Positions 6,727-15,205 of a DNA stretch of 15,299 nucleotides are shown here, in pieces. Source of the stretch: Pseudomonadota bacterium. Its GTDB lineage: Bacteria > Bdellovibrionota > Bdellovibrionia > Bdellovibrionales > SG-bin7. Location: contig JAWXAY010000081.1 of NCBI GenBank assembly GCA_034439715.1, forward strand, positions 1 through 15,299. Reading direction: 5' to 3'. Positions within the stretch are counted from its first letter, which is position 1; each line of letters starts with the position of its first letter. Under the pieces are notes generated by a model. It worked only from the letters and a program-made list of their open reading frames with translations, had not been told where the DNA came from and made no database searches. Made by a program: the position numbers and the translations under genes.

Positions 6727-9654
6727 ATGAAAAAAACAAGCTTTTATAAAATTATTTTGTTGGGTTTCACTTTGTTATACAACCTCGCCTGTTCGACATC
6801 TGGCAATGTTGGACATGGAGGACATGGAGGAGCCGCAGCTAGCACACCCACTATTCCCACTGAAACCTTAGTGAAAAATGTGCGGCAAATTACCTTTGAG
6901 GGAACTCGAGCTGGCGAGGGGTATTTTAGCAATGACGGAAAGCTCATGATTTTTCAAAGTGAAAGAGAGGGCAATAATCCCTTTTACCAAATGTATCTGA
7001 AAGATTTGGAAACCGGAAAAACTATAAGAGTTTCGACTGGCAAAGGTAAAACAACCTGCGGTTGGATTCATCCAGATAAAAAACGGGTGCTCTATTCGTC
7101 AACTCACTTGGATCCTAAAGTGCCCCAGAAATCTCGAGAAGAATTCTCGCTCAGAAAAAGTGGTGCTAAGCGGAGCTACAGCTGGGACTTCGATGAAAAC
7201 TACGAGATTTTTGAAGTGGATGTAAAAAAGTATACTTTCAAAAATTTGACAAACACTAAGGGTTATGACGCTGAGTCGAGCTGGTCACCAGACGGTAAGT
7301 GGATCGCCTTTGCCTCCGACCGACACGCCTTTAACGCCGGGTTATCAGATGATGAAAAGGTGGCGGCCAGCAAAAATCCTTCCGCCCTTGTCGAGCTCTA
7401 TATCATGAAGGCCGATGGGTCTGATGTGAAACGATTGACCGCAGATATTGGTTATGACGGTGGGCCCTTTTTTAGTCCTGACGGTAAAAAAATTACTTGG
7501 CGAAAATTCAATCCGAGCGGTGACATAGCCGAAGTCTACACAATGAATGTTGATGGCAGCGATAAAAAACAAATTACGCATTTAAATTCGATGTCATGGG
7601 CACCCTATTTTCATCCCTCTGGCGAGTATATTATTTTTGGCACATCCGTTTTTGGTCATCATAATTTTGAATTATTTTTGGTTCGAAGTGATGGCAAGGG
7701 AGAGCCGCAAAGAGTGACCAGTTTTGAGAAATTCGACAGCTTGCCGGTGTTTTTGCCAAATGGGGTGGAGATGGCATGGACCAGTCATCGTTCTTGGGAT
7801 GGCAAGGCGCAGATTTTTATTTCTGATTGGGATGATCAGGCAGCGCGAAAGCTGTTAGGACTTTCTCATTCAAAATCTGCGGAGCTAAAGATCGCACAAC
7901 CCACACAAGAATTGAAAAAACATATAGAGTACCTAAGCTCACCCGATCTCGGCGGGCGCCTTGCGGGATCATCAGGAGAAAGATTAGCGGCTGAATACGT
8001 GGCTAATCAATTTCGCCAAATTGGCCTAAAGCCTGAGGGTGACAATGATTCCTATTTTCAAGATTTTGAATTTTACTCAGGTGTCGAGTTAGGTGAAAAA
8101 AACTATTTGGCACAAAGTCGTGATAGTGTTTTGAAGCTTGAACAAGACTGGCGGCCGTTATCATTTTCGTCATCGGGACACTACATGCTCAAGGATGCCA
8201 TTTTCGTAGGGTATGGCATTGTTGCTCCTTCGGGGCCACAAATGAAGGCCTTTGATTCTTATGAAGGAATCGATGTCAAAGACAAGTGGGTTGTCAGCTT
8301 TCGATTCTTACCCGAAAAGGCCGACGAAAAATATCGAATACATCTGGGGCGCTTTAGCGACTTACCCTTTAAAGCGCGCAAGGCCAAAGAGAAAGGAGCC
8401 AAAGGAATTATCTTTGTGAGCGGACCTAGTTCGGCCGTTAAAAATCAGTTGGTTCCATTGGGCAAAAACTCAACTGATTTAGGAATTTTTGCCGTGAGCA
8501 TTAGCGATGAAGTTTTTAAGGGTTGGCTCAAAGCAACAGAACCAAGTCTCGACTTAGCGAAATTGCAAAGTGATTTGGATGAATTAAAGACGGCACCAAA
8601 TTTGACGCTTAAACTGGGAATGAACGGGATGGTGGACCTCATCAAGAAAAAAGAAAAAGGCCGAAACGTCATCGGACGCTTTGTGGTCGGAAAAAATCCC
8701 TCAGGTTCGGCAATTTTAATCGGAGGACATCTCGATCATTTAGGATTGGGAGAAACGAATACTTCTCGCGCCAACGAAAAACAGCAAGGAATGTATCATC
8801 CAGGAGCTGACGACAATGCTTCAGGTGTGGCCTCAATTATCGAGATTGCCCGAGAAGTAATGGGCCGGTTAAAAGAAGGACGTTTAAAAGACGCACAAAA
8901 AGATATAGTATTCGCCGCTTGGTCCGGCGAGGAGCTAGGACTTCTGGGTTCCAACCATTTTGTGTCACAAGCGAAAGGTCACTCTCTACAGCCTAAAATT
9001 GAATCTTACATAAATCTAGATATGGTGGGTCGCTACATCGGCCAACTATATGCTCAAGGCGTGGGTTCAAGTCCCTATTGGTTAGAAATAGTCGAGCGCA
9101 TGGCCCCGGTTTCTAAATTGCCGCTCTTTTTGCAAGAGGATCCTTATCTTCCAACAGATGCGATGACCCTTTACACCAAGCACGTGCCAGTGATTAGCTT
9201 TTTTACCGGAAGCCACACGGATTATCATAGTCCTACCGATAGTGCCGACAAAATTAACTATGACGGGGTTTATGACATCACACGCTTTATTTCGGATTTA
9301 TCGATGCAAATGATGCGAGAAAAAAAGCTGCCCGAGTATAAGGTTTTTTCGGGTAAATCTCAAATGATGGCACGTAGTGATTTTAGAGTAAGTCTCGGCA
9401 CGCTCCCGGATTATGTGCAGTCGCCTGACACTAAAGGCGTAAAGCTATCGGGTGTAAAGCCAGGTTCGCCAGCCGAAAAGGCGGGGCTGCAAAAAGATGA
9501 TGTGATTGTTGAGCTAGCCGGAAAGAAAATTTCTAATATATATGAGTACTCAGATCTCCTACGGCTTTTAAAACCCGGCGAAGAGATTAAGGTGCGGGTA
9601 ATTCGATCCGGGAAAGATTTGTCGCTTAAAGTATTACCGGACTCACGAAATTAG
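6727..9654 (+). CDS. Lipoprotein M28-family metallo-aminopeptidase with N-terminal TolB-like PD40 beta-propeller, PA insert and C-terminal PDZ domain
   Basis: Signal peptide with LACS lipobox. PD40 repeats (WSPDGKWIAFAS, FSPDGKKI, FHPSGEYI). PA domain (FVGYGI...DVKDKWV...AKEKGAKG). M28 Zn ligands GGHLDH, GADDNASG, SGEELG, NLDMVG, DYHSPTD. PDZ motif GSPAEKAGLQKDDVI. Confidence 0.93.
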   Translation: MKKTSFYKIILLGFTLLYNLACSTSGNVGHGGHGGAAASTPTIPTETLVKNVRQITFEGTRAGEGYFSNDGKLMIFQSEREGNNPFYQMYLKDLETGKTIRVSTGKGKTTCGWIHPDKKRVLYSSTHLDPKVPQKSREEFSLRKSGAKRSYSWDFDENYEIFEVDVKKYTFKNLTNTKGYDAESSWSPDGKWIAFASDRHAFNAGLSDDEKVAASKNPSALVELYIMKADGSDVKRLTADIGYDGGPFFSPDGKKITWRKFNPSGDIAEVYTMNVDGSDKKQITHLNSMSWAPYFHPSGEYIIFGTSVFGHHNFELFLVRSDGKGEPQRVTSFEKFDSLPVFLPNGVEMAWTSHRSWDGKAQIFISDWDDQAARKLLGLSHSKSAELKIAQPTQELKKHIEYLSSPDLGGRLAGSSGERLAAEYVANQFRQIGLKPEGDNDSYFQDFEFYSGVELGEKNYLAQSRDSVLKLEQDWRPLSFSSSGHYMLKDAIFVGYGIVAPSGPQMKAFDSYEGIDVKDKWVVSFRFLPEKADEKYRIHLGRFSDLPFKARKAKEKGAKGIIFVSGPSSAVKNQLVPLGKNSTDLGIFAVSISDEVFKGWLKATEPSLDLAKLQSDLDELKTAPNLTLKLGMNGMVDLIKKKEKGRNVIGRFVVGKNPSGSAILIGGHLDHLGLGETNTSRANEKQQGMYHPGADDNASGVASIIEIAREVMGRLKEGRLKDAQKDIVFAAWSGEELGLLGSNHFVSQAKGHSLQPKIESYINLDMVGRYIGQLYAQGVGSSPYWLEIVERMAPVSKLPLFLQEDPYLPTDAMTLYTKHVPVISFFTGSHTDYHSPTDSADKINYDGVYDITRFISDLSMQMMREKKLPEYKVFSGKSQMMARSDFRVSLGTLPDYVQSPDTKGVKLSGVKPGSPAEKAGLQKDDVIVELAGKKISNIYEYSDLLRLLKPGEEIKVRVIRSGKDLSLKVLPDSRN

Positions 9655-9657
9655 TTC

Positions 9658-10575
9658 ATGCTTAGGCATGAGTCTCAACCTTCAATTCGGCGCGCCACTT
9701 TAGAGCTTACGCTAGCCTCCGTTTTTTGGGGCTTTGGTTTTGTTGGAGCCCGTTGGGCGCTGGTGTCGATGGGCCCGCTTTGGCTGACGGGGCTAAGATT
9801 TACTTTAGCTTTTCTACTTACCTTGCCCATTATGATTCTGATGGCAAAAAGGTCAGACCTCATTAACATGAAAGAAAATCTGCGACTCGCATTTATACCA
9901 GGAATATTTTTGGCCCTAACAATCGTCTTTCAGACTTGGGGCTTACTATATACCACAGCTACAAACAGCGGCTTTATAACGACTCTCTATGTTTTGTTTG
10001 TCCCTATGATTGAGGCGATTTTTTTTAAGAAAAAGTTAGAACTGGCGCATTTTGTATTGGTGGCGATTGCCTTAATTGGTACTGCACTCATTTGTAATTG
10101 GAGCGCAAGCGCCTGGAACAAAGGGGATTTTCTGACTCTCCTTTGTGCTTTGGCCGGTGCCGGCCAAATAGTTTGGATTTCTCGTGTGGCCACTAAAATT
10201 AAATCTCCATTTAGTTTTAATAATTTTCAAAGTTTTTGGTGTGGACTCATAGGTTGTATTTTAGCACTGGTTTTTGAGCCATTTCGCTTCGACAATATTA
10301 ATGAAAAAGCAATTATCGGTTTTAGTTCTTTGCTCTTTGGTTCAACTTTGATCGCCTTTTTTATTCAAGTGCGGGCACAAAAAGTCTTGAGTTCCACGAC
10401 GGCGAGCCTACTATGCTTGCTGGAGTCACCTTTCGCTGCCATTTTTGCGTTTTGGTACTTGGGCGAGCGGCTTGGGACAACTCAGTGGTCAGGTGCCTTA
10501 TTAATTATTTTTTCAGCATGTTATACTATTTTCTTAGAAAGTCGAAAAAACAGGACTAGTGCACATATTATTTAA
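9658..10575 (+). CDS. EamA/DMT-family transporter
   Basis: About 10 TM segments in two EamA halves: FWGFGF, LRF, YTTATNSGFI, GDFLTL, LLESPFAAIFA...LGE. Confidence 0.92.
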   Translation: MLRHESQPSIRRATLELTLASVFWGFGFVGARWALVSMGPLWLTGLRFTLAFLLTLPIMILMAKRSDLINMKENLRLAFIPGIFLALTIVFQTWGLLYTTATNSGFITTLYVLFVPMIEAIFFKKKLELAHFVLVAIALIGTALICNWSASAWNKGDFLTLLCALAGAGQIVWISRVATKIKSPFSFNNFQSFWCGLIGCILALVFEPFRFDNINEKAIIGFSSLLFGSTLIAFFIQVRAQKVLSSTTASLLCLLESPFAAIFAFWYLGERLGTTQWSGALLIIFSACYTIFLESRKNRTSAHII

Positions 10576-10581
10576 AAGGAG

Positions 10582-10878
10582 TTGGCCTTGAAGGTTATTT
10601 TAGTTTCGTTGGTTGTATTACTTCCTGCTTTAAGTCTTGGGGATGGAAAGCAAAGGGCGGTCCAATGCGCAGCTTGCCATGGAGATGGAGGCGTCAGCAC
10701 TACCCCTATGTGGCCTAATCTAGCTGGTCAAAAGAAGGATTATTTGGTTAAACAGTTGAAGGACTTCAAGACGGGCAACAGAAAAGATCCGGTGATGTCT
10801 CCACAAGCCGCCGCTCTGTCTGATGCCGATATTGAAGATCTCGCTAAGTATTTTTCTGGGCTTAAATGCGGTAAGTAG
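10582..10878 (+). CDS. Mono-haem class I cytochrome c (c553/c4-like)
   Basis: Signal peptide, CAACH haem motif, PNLAGQ...YLVKQL...R...M...LSDADIEDLA. TTG start with SD AAGGAG. Confidence 0.93.
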   Translation: MALKVILVSLVVLLPALSLGDGKQRAVQCAACHGDGGVSTTPMWPNLAGQKKDYLVKQLKDFKTGNRKDPVMSPQAAALSDADIEDLAKYFSGLKCGK

Positions 10879-10879
10879 G

Positions 10880-10899
10880 AAATAGGTAAAAACCTATTT
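10880..10899. terminator. Weak bidirectional hairpin between convergent genes
   Basis: Perfect 8-bp inverted repeat AAATAGGT-AAAA-ACCTATTT. It is AT-rich and overlaps the stop codon at 10894. Confidence 0.3.
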
Positions 10900-11790
10900 G
10901 GTCACATAATCCGCGGTGACCTCAAACGCTATAGCTGAATGGTAACAGTCATAGGAATCCACTGCGCCACCTCTGAGGGTTTTGATGGGATTGTCATCGC
11001 CAGTCGTAGTGAGTTTGAATTCGTGATTGGGATTTGGCGTTGCTGCTAAAGCAGTGATGCTTTTAAATACTCTAGAGTCAAAGTTTAATTGAACAGCTCC
11101 TAGAGTCTGTGTCTGGGGCCACGCGCAGGTCGAGCCCGCACCCAAACAGTATGAGTCGTCTGCGGCATTTGACCAAAGTTGTCCTTTTAAACCCGTGGCT
11201 CCTTCAAAGGGATTCCAAGAATAGACAAATAGATTTAATGAGGGAATGTTGTAAAACACATCCCTACTGTTACCGTCTTTGAGATCAAAGGTCGAAGAGA
11301 TCACGATATTGTCAAACGAGAGAATCATTTCGTCGTCATAAAACATATTCTGTGCCGCCGAAGAACCAAACGACAGACCACACAACACTGCGTTTGCAGG
11401 TAACGGAAAGTTTTGAACTTGATCTAAACGAGCTCGAAAATAACCATTCAATTCACTGAGGTTATCATTAAGGCCAACGGGGTTGAAGCCACACAGGTTA
11501 TTGGTATTAATGCCGACAATATTTGAGGGTTCGATAAACTCAATATTTTTTCTGAGGGATTGGTGAGGCAAGTTTGGATTAGAACAATCTCTGATAATTT
11601 GATCTAGTCTGGGTGGCGTTCCTGGAATGTCTAAATCGTAATTAAATGGGCCCGGTTTGAACGACGAAGTGCTGAACTCTACATCATTACTACAGTTATT
11701 ATACCCAAATAAAGAAACTGAAATAAGACCAAGCCACATTAATAATTGTGGCCGTTTGCCTTTAAATAAAAGCGGAAGTCTGAATTTCAT
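10894..11790 (-). CDS. Hypothetical Cys-rich lipoprotein (non-canonical YNNCS lipobox)
   Basis: Basic N-terminus, hydrophobic stretch, then LFGYNNC|S. Six further Cys, beta-rich composition, SD GGGGGA. Confidence 0.8.
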   Translation of the reverse strand: MKFRLPLLFKGKRPQLLMWLGLISVSLFGYNNCSNDVEFSTSSFKPGPFNYDLDIPGTPPRLDQIIRDCSNPNLPHQSLRKNIEFIEPSNIVGINTNNLCGFNPVGLNDNLSELNGYFRARLDQVQNFPLPANAVLCGLSFGSSAAQNMFYDDEMILSFDNIVISSTFDLKDGNSRDVFYNIPSLNLFVYSWNPFEGATGLKGQLWSNAADDSYCLGAGSTCAWPQTQTLGAVQLNFDSRVFKSITALAATPNPNHEFKLTTTGDDNPIKTLRGGAVDSYDCYHSAIAFEVTADYVTK

Positions 11791-11815
11791 TTAGATTCCC
11801 CCTATACACTTGTAA

Positions 11816-11832
11816 TACAAAGCCAATGCCAA
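11816..11832 (-). promoter_or_regulatory. Putative sigma-54 promoter (GT variant at -12)
   Basis: Minus strand TTGGCATTGGCTTTGTA against TGGCAC-N5-TTGC, 25 nt upstream of the ATG. Confidence 0.6.
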
Positions 11833-11856
11833 GTGGGTGTCACAAAAATTCACGTT

Positions 11857-11870
11857 ATTTCAGGTGCTTA
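11857..11870 (+). promoter_or_regulatory. Possible IHF-binding site
   Basis: ATTTCAGGTGCTTA resembles WATCAANNNNTTR and sits just upstream of the -24 element, where IHF sites usually lie. Confidence 0.35.
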
Positions 11871-12047
11871 GTATATTCCCGAATTGATATTCTGCATATT
11901 CTCTTTACAGGTCAAATCGAAATTCAGTTCTAAGTATTAGCAAGGACTCAACAAACGTAGAGTTGCCTAGTTTTTTGAAGTGAAAAAAACCTAGTCAGGC
12001 GGGAAAAGATAAAATAGATCTAATAGATCATTAGGAAGCTTTTAAAT

Positions 12048-12923
12048 ATGCTTGGATTGAAGTGGCCCGTAATATTGATAACTTTCGCAACCTCCGTTTT
12101 GGTGTTGGTCATGGCTCTGAAGCAGTATCTTCCCAGCGTGACGCCTCTTAGGGGCTGCCTGACGGCTAAAATGAACAACTACTGGCTTTGTGAGCAGTCC
12201 GATAATTACGTCCCACTTCGAGATATTTCTAAGGTTGTAGTGGATGCCATAGTCTTGAGCGAAGACGGCAGCTTTTTTGACCACCAGGGATTTGACTGGT
12301 ATGAAATTCAAAAAAGTCTGCAAAAAAATATGACGGCCATGAAATATGCGCGGGGGGCTTCGACCATTACCCAACAGCTCGCTAAAAATGTATTTTTGAG
12401 TCCCGAAAAATCCATGTTGCGTAAGTTGCGAGAGGCCTACCTTACGGTAGAATTAGAAAAACAGTTCTCTAAAAGTATAATTTTAGAAAAATACCTTAAC
12501 GTTATCGAATTTGGTCCTAACATCTATGGGGTCAAGGCGGGCGCTAAATATTATTTCGCTAAAGCACCTAGCGAAGTTAACTTAGTCGAAGCTGCTTTTT
12601 TGGCCTTCGTCTTACCAAATCCAAAGGAGTATCAAAAGAGTTTTGAAAAAAAAGATCTAACAGAATTTGCCCGCAAGCGACTGCAGCAGATTATTCGCAC
12701 AATGTTTCGCTTTGGCAGGATCTCGGGCGAAGATAGGGATGCGGCTGCTGAATATCTTGGGGTGGTAGGCTGGATAGACGAAAAGAGTGAAGAAACCAAT
12801 GAGCAAATAAATGACCAGCTAAATACCCTTGAAGAAGCACTTCAAGTACCTGTAGACGAACCCGAACAATTGCCTGAACAAGTACCCGAACCATTTGAAG
12901 TTGAAGAAGAGCATTCAGACTAG
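12048..12923 (+). CDS. mtgA: Monofunctional peptidoglycan glycosyltransferase (GT51) with acidic C-terminal tail
   Basis: N-terminal TM. Motifs EDGSFFDHQG, GASTITQQLAKN, RKLRE and KSIILEKYLNVIEFG. No transpeptidase domain. Confidence 0.92.
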   Translation: MLGLKWPVILITFATSVLVLVMALKQYLPSVTPLRGCLTAKMNNYWLCEQSDNYVPLRDISKVVVDAIVLSEDGSFFDHQGFDWYEIQKSLQKNMTAMKYARGASTITQQLAKNVFLSPEKSMLRKLREAYLTVELEKQFSKSIILEKYLNVIEFGPNIYGVKAGAKYYFAKAPSEVNLVEAAFLAFVLPNPKEYQKSFEKKDLTEFARKRLQQIIRTMFRFGRISGEDRDAAAEYLGVVGWIDEKSEETNEQINDQLNTLEEALQVPVDEPEQLPEQVPEPFEVEEEHSD

Positions 12924-13258
12924 TGCTTTAATGGTTTGTTCGACAAAATCGCATTTTCAAGTATTTGAAAATAAGCCCTTAGCAATAGGTCATGATTAGT
13001 AGTGTCTAGGCCCTCTACAAAAATTTGTTTTTCCATAAGTGTATTCTTTTGTACAAATTTGGAGAAAATACTTTGCACCTTGGTAATATTCTCGAAAGTA
13101 AAAAAATCTAGGTTTTCAGTAGGCGTACTTAAAACTTTTGCTACCTCGGTATTCTTAAATAGCAAATGTATACCTTGAGCGGATTGGGCCAGTAAGTATT
13201 CGAGTTGCTCGAGCTGTTTTGGTTCTATGTATAATAACTTCGAATCTTGCACGCTCAT
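12920..13258 (-). CDS. Hypothetical small helical protein
   Basis: 112-aa ORF with an SD-like GAGGA upstream. Its stop overlaps the convergent mtgA stop by 4 nt (CTAG). Confidence 0.75.
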   Translation of the reverse strand: MSVQDSKLLYIEPKQLEQLEYLLAQSAQGIHLLFKNTEVAKVLSTPTENLDFFTFENITKVQSIFSKFVQKNTLMEKQIFVEGLDTTNHDLLLRAYFQILENAILSNKPLKH

Positions 13259-13273
13259 CTTAATAATTATCCT

Positions 13274-13300
13274 CTATCTCAATTCTGAGCTAAACCTTTA
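13274..13300 (-). promoter_or_regulatory. Possible sigma-28-like promoter
   Basis: Minus strand TAAAGGTT-N11-TGAGATAG: strong -35 match and correct spacing, but a degenerate -10. Confidence 0.35.
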
Positions 13301-13423
13301 AAGGGGTGCAAGATAAAATCTTCATTAGGTTGACGGTTTGGGTCACGACCTTTAGTCGTGCTTGTTTCATCAACTTGTTTTTATGTTGGCAAAGGATCAC
13401 GCGAGTTAGATCATTAAAGTAGT

Positions 13424-14299
13424 ATGGGCAAAAAGACCGCAAAGAAAGCTAATCTAAAAAAAATCAGTGGAGAAAAAATAGTCATCGATGAGGACAAAGG
13501 GCTAGTTTTTTCGTCAGAAGACGACCTTTTTAAGCATTTTGAAAAAGACATTCAGGTCTTAGAAAATACTTATTTTGCTCAAAGATCAAAAACGGATATT
13601 CCCGTCGAGGATTTTTCTGAATATGAAGATTGTTTGACGACTATCTTGGCTGATCCCGATGAAATTTGGGTGGATCGAACCGTACTTCCCGGCAAGGAAG
13701 TCAGTAATTTTATTGCTGAGTTTGAAGAAGAAGATGAGGGCGATCAAAAGACAAAGAACAAATTTTATTATGTAGCTCAAGTATTCATAAATAATAATGT
13801 GCCGACATTTGTATATATGCACTTTCCGACTAACGATGAGGCACTGCTAGCCCATCTAAGGTCTGGCGAAAGAATCTATGATCGAAGTCAGTTAGAAATT
13901 CCACTTGGGGCCTTTGAAGGTGATGCCTTAAGTGAAAAGGAACCGCTGGCGACTGGCCTGTATGATGCCATGCTTAAACTCAGGGCTGAATCTGATATTC
14001 CTGAGGAAGATTTTTCTGAATATTTTGAAATGCGTGAGCCTACAATAGAAGAGCCCGACGAGATCTGGCGAGGCGCTGATTCTTACGGAAATGTTTTAGT
14101 AAATTTTATTAAAGAATATTCGGCGTCAGAAACAGAGGGCGATGATGTATTCTATATTGCTGTGACTCAAGAAGATCCTCAAACCGAAAGTCATTTGCTT
14201 TTATTCTCGTTTCCGACGAGAGATAAGACTTTGTTAGAGCGCTATCGCCATGGCGAAAACATGCATGCCGACGAAGTGACTCAAGAGCCCAGTCATTAA
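13424..14299 (+). CDS. Very acidic protein with two tandem PBECR2-like (barnase/EndoU/colicin/RelE fold) repeats
   Basis: Internal duplication DIPVEDFSEY...ADPDEIW...NFI...YY...FPTND and DIPEEDFSEY...EEPDEIW...NFI...FY...FPTRD. The PDEIW motif recalls the PBECR2 family (assigned from motif memory only). Confidence 0.7.
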   Translation: MGKKTAKKANLKKISGEKIVIDEDKGLVFSSEDDLFKHFEKDIQVLENTYFAQRSKTDIPVEDFSEYEDCLTTILADPDEIWVDRTVLPGKEVSNFIAEFEEEDEGDQKTKNKFYYVAQVFINNNVPTFVYMHFPTNDEALLAHLRSGERIYDRSQLEIPLGAFEGDALSEKEPLATGLYDAMLKLRAESDIPEEDFSEYFEMREPTIEEPDEIWRGADSYGNVLVNFIKEYSASETEGDDVFYIAVTQEDPQTESHLLLFSFPTRDKTLLERYRHGENMHADEVTQEPSH

Positions 14300-14308
14300 G
14301 ACCAATCA

Positions 14309-15046
14309 TTAAAAACAAAATCCGGCGAGTCTTTGAAAATATTGTTCAACATTGAAACCCAGTTGACGAATGCCGTAATTAGGATGAATGGGGTGAAGCA
14401 CGGCAGGGTGTGAAGCCATATACGTGTTGGGATCAGATGCAAAAGCGGGTGCTAAAAAATCTACTTGAGTTACTATGTTAGCGCTATCGGTGACCACTGC
14501 TCTGATCACATCATACTCTAGTTCAACCTGAGTTATTACAATCGCGAAGTTATTTAAAAAGTCGGCGACCGTCATGTTGCCTAAGGCATTGTAAGTGATA
14601 AACTCTTGAATTCTTGTTACCGATAATTCATTCCAAAGGCCGGTAACTAGCGAGTTAGATTGTAAACTCTTAACAGTGATCTGAATGGGCGTAGGATTTA
14701 GGTAGGTAGAGCCATCGGGTCTGGCGTACCATTTATAAAACTTGATGGCTTTAGTGCTACCGTTTAGGTGATTTGCGGCATCGGTAGAAAACAATATCTC
14801 TAAACTCTGATCGACCATCATACCATATTCGTTGGTGTAAACTTTGACATCGCCTGCTAAGTTACCGTTAGAAAAATTGCTGCAATAGGCGAGGGATGAT
14901 TGACTGCCGAATCCACCGAAGCCAGTTCCCACTTGTTGGTCAAAGCGCACAGTCTTTTTAGCGCCGCAGGCTGAGAGTAGGACTAAGATAAGTCCTAATA
15001 GTAACGCTTTGTTAATTCTATTTTGGGTACGAGTTAAGTTATTCAT
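14309..15046 (-). CDS. Hypothetical lipoprotein
   Basis: Canonical lipobox LLSAC|G, Gly/Ser linker, two mature Cys (AYCSN and the terminal GFCF), SD GGGGGA. Confidence 0.85.
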   Translation of the reverse strand: MNNLTRTQNRINKALLLGLILVLLSACGAKKTVRFDQQVGTGFGGFGSQSSLAYCSNFSNGNLAGDVKVYTNEYGMMVDQSLEILFSTDAANHLNGSTKAIKFYKWYARPDGSTYLNPTPIQITVKSLQSNSLVTGLWNELSVTRIQEFITYNALGNMTVADFLNNFAIVITQVELEYDVIRAVVTDSANIVTQVDFLAPAFASDPNTYMASHPAVLHPIHPNYGIRQLGFNVEQYFQRLAGFCF

Positions 15047-15081
15047 TTGGTCCCCCGTTTAATTTGTATAACTCCTATAAG

Positions 15082-15098
15082 AGCAACTCGCATGCCAA
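15082..15098 (-). promoter_or_regulatory. Sigma-54 (-24/-12) promoter
   Basis: Minus strand TTGGCATGCGAGTTGCT is a near-perfect TGGCAY-N5-TTGCW, 35 nt upstream of the ATG at 15046. Confidence 0.85.
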
Positions 15099-15144
15099 GG
15101 TTTTTGGGCCCAGAACGCTTTATTTCAAATTGGCAAAATGAATG

Positions 15145-15199
15145 TGTCTTACTCTGAGACAGCGACATTTTGCGATAGCAGGTGTAAAAAAAGTAGACA
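15145..15199. promoter_or_regulatory. Array of TGTC-N9-GACA-type palindromes (candidate UAS)
   Basis: TGTCTTACTCTGAGACA (15145-15161), degenerate AGCGACATTTTGCGATA (15161-15177) and TGTAAAAAAAGTAGACA (15183-15199). Confidence 0.6.
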
Positions 15200-15205
15200 G
15201 GTATG

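Noticed and set aside
6650..6739. N-terminal 30-aa extension of CrcB, and a fluoride riboswitch in the same region
   Set aside because: The extension overlaps the divergent gene and its promoter, and 124 aa is the normal length. The riboswitch's conserved elements (GAUG...GUUC, CUGAUGA in order, with a pseudoknot) are not found.
11967..11994. Imperfect inverted repeat CTAGTTTTTT...AAAAAAACCTAG
   Set aside because: Homopolymer-based pairing in an AT-rich divergent promoter region; likely chance.
13386..13403. TTGGCAAAGGATCACGC as a sigma-54 promoter for the PBECR2-like gene
   Set aside because: GG-to-GC spacing is 11 nt rather than the required 10.
240..14318. Many short (60-125 aa) ORFs in the ORF track lying antisense to or inside larger genes (e.g. 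418-795, 2701-2946, 5335-5616, 5865-6146, 12042-12374)
   Set aside because: They are shadows of well-supported CDSs, with no motifs or RBS.
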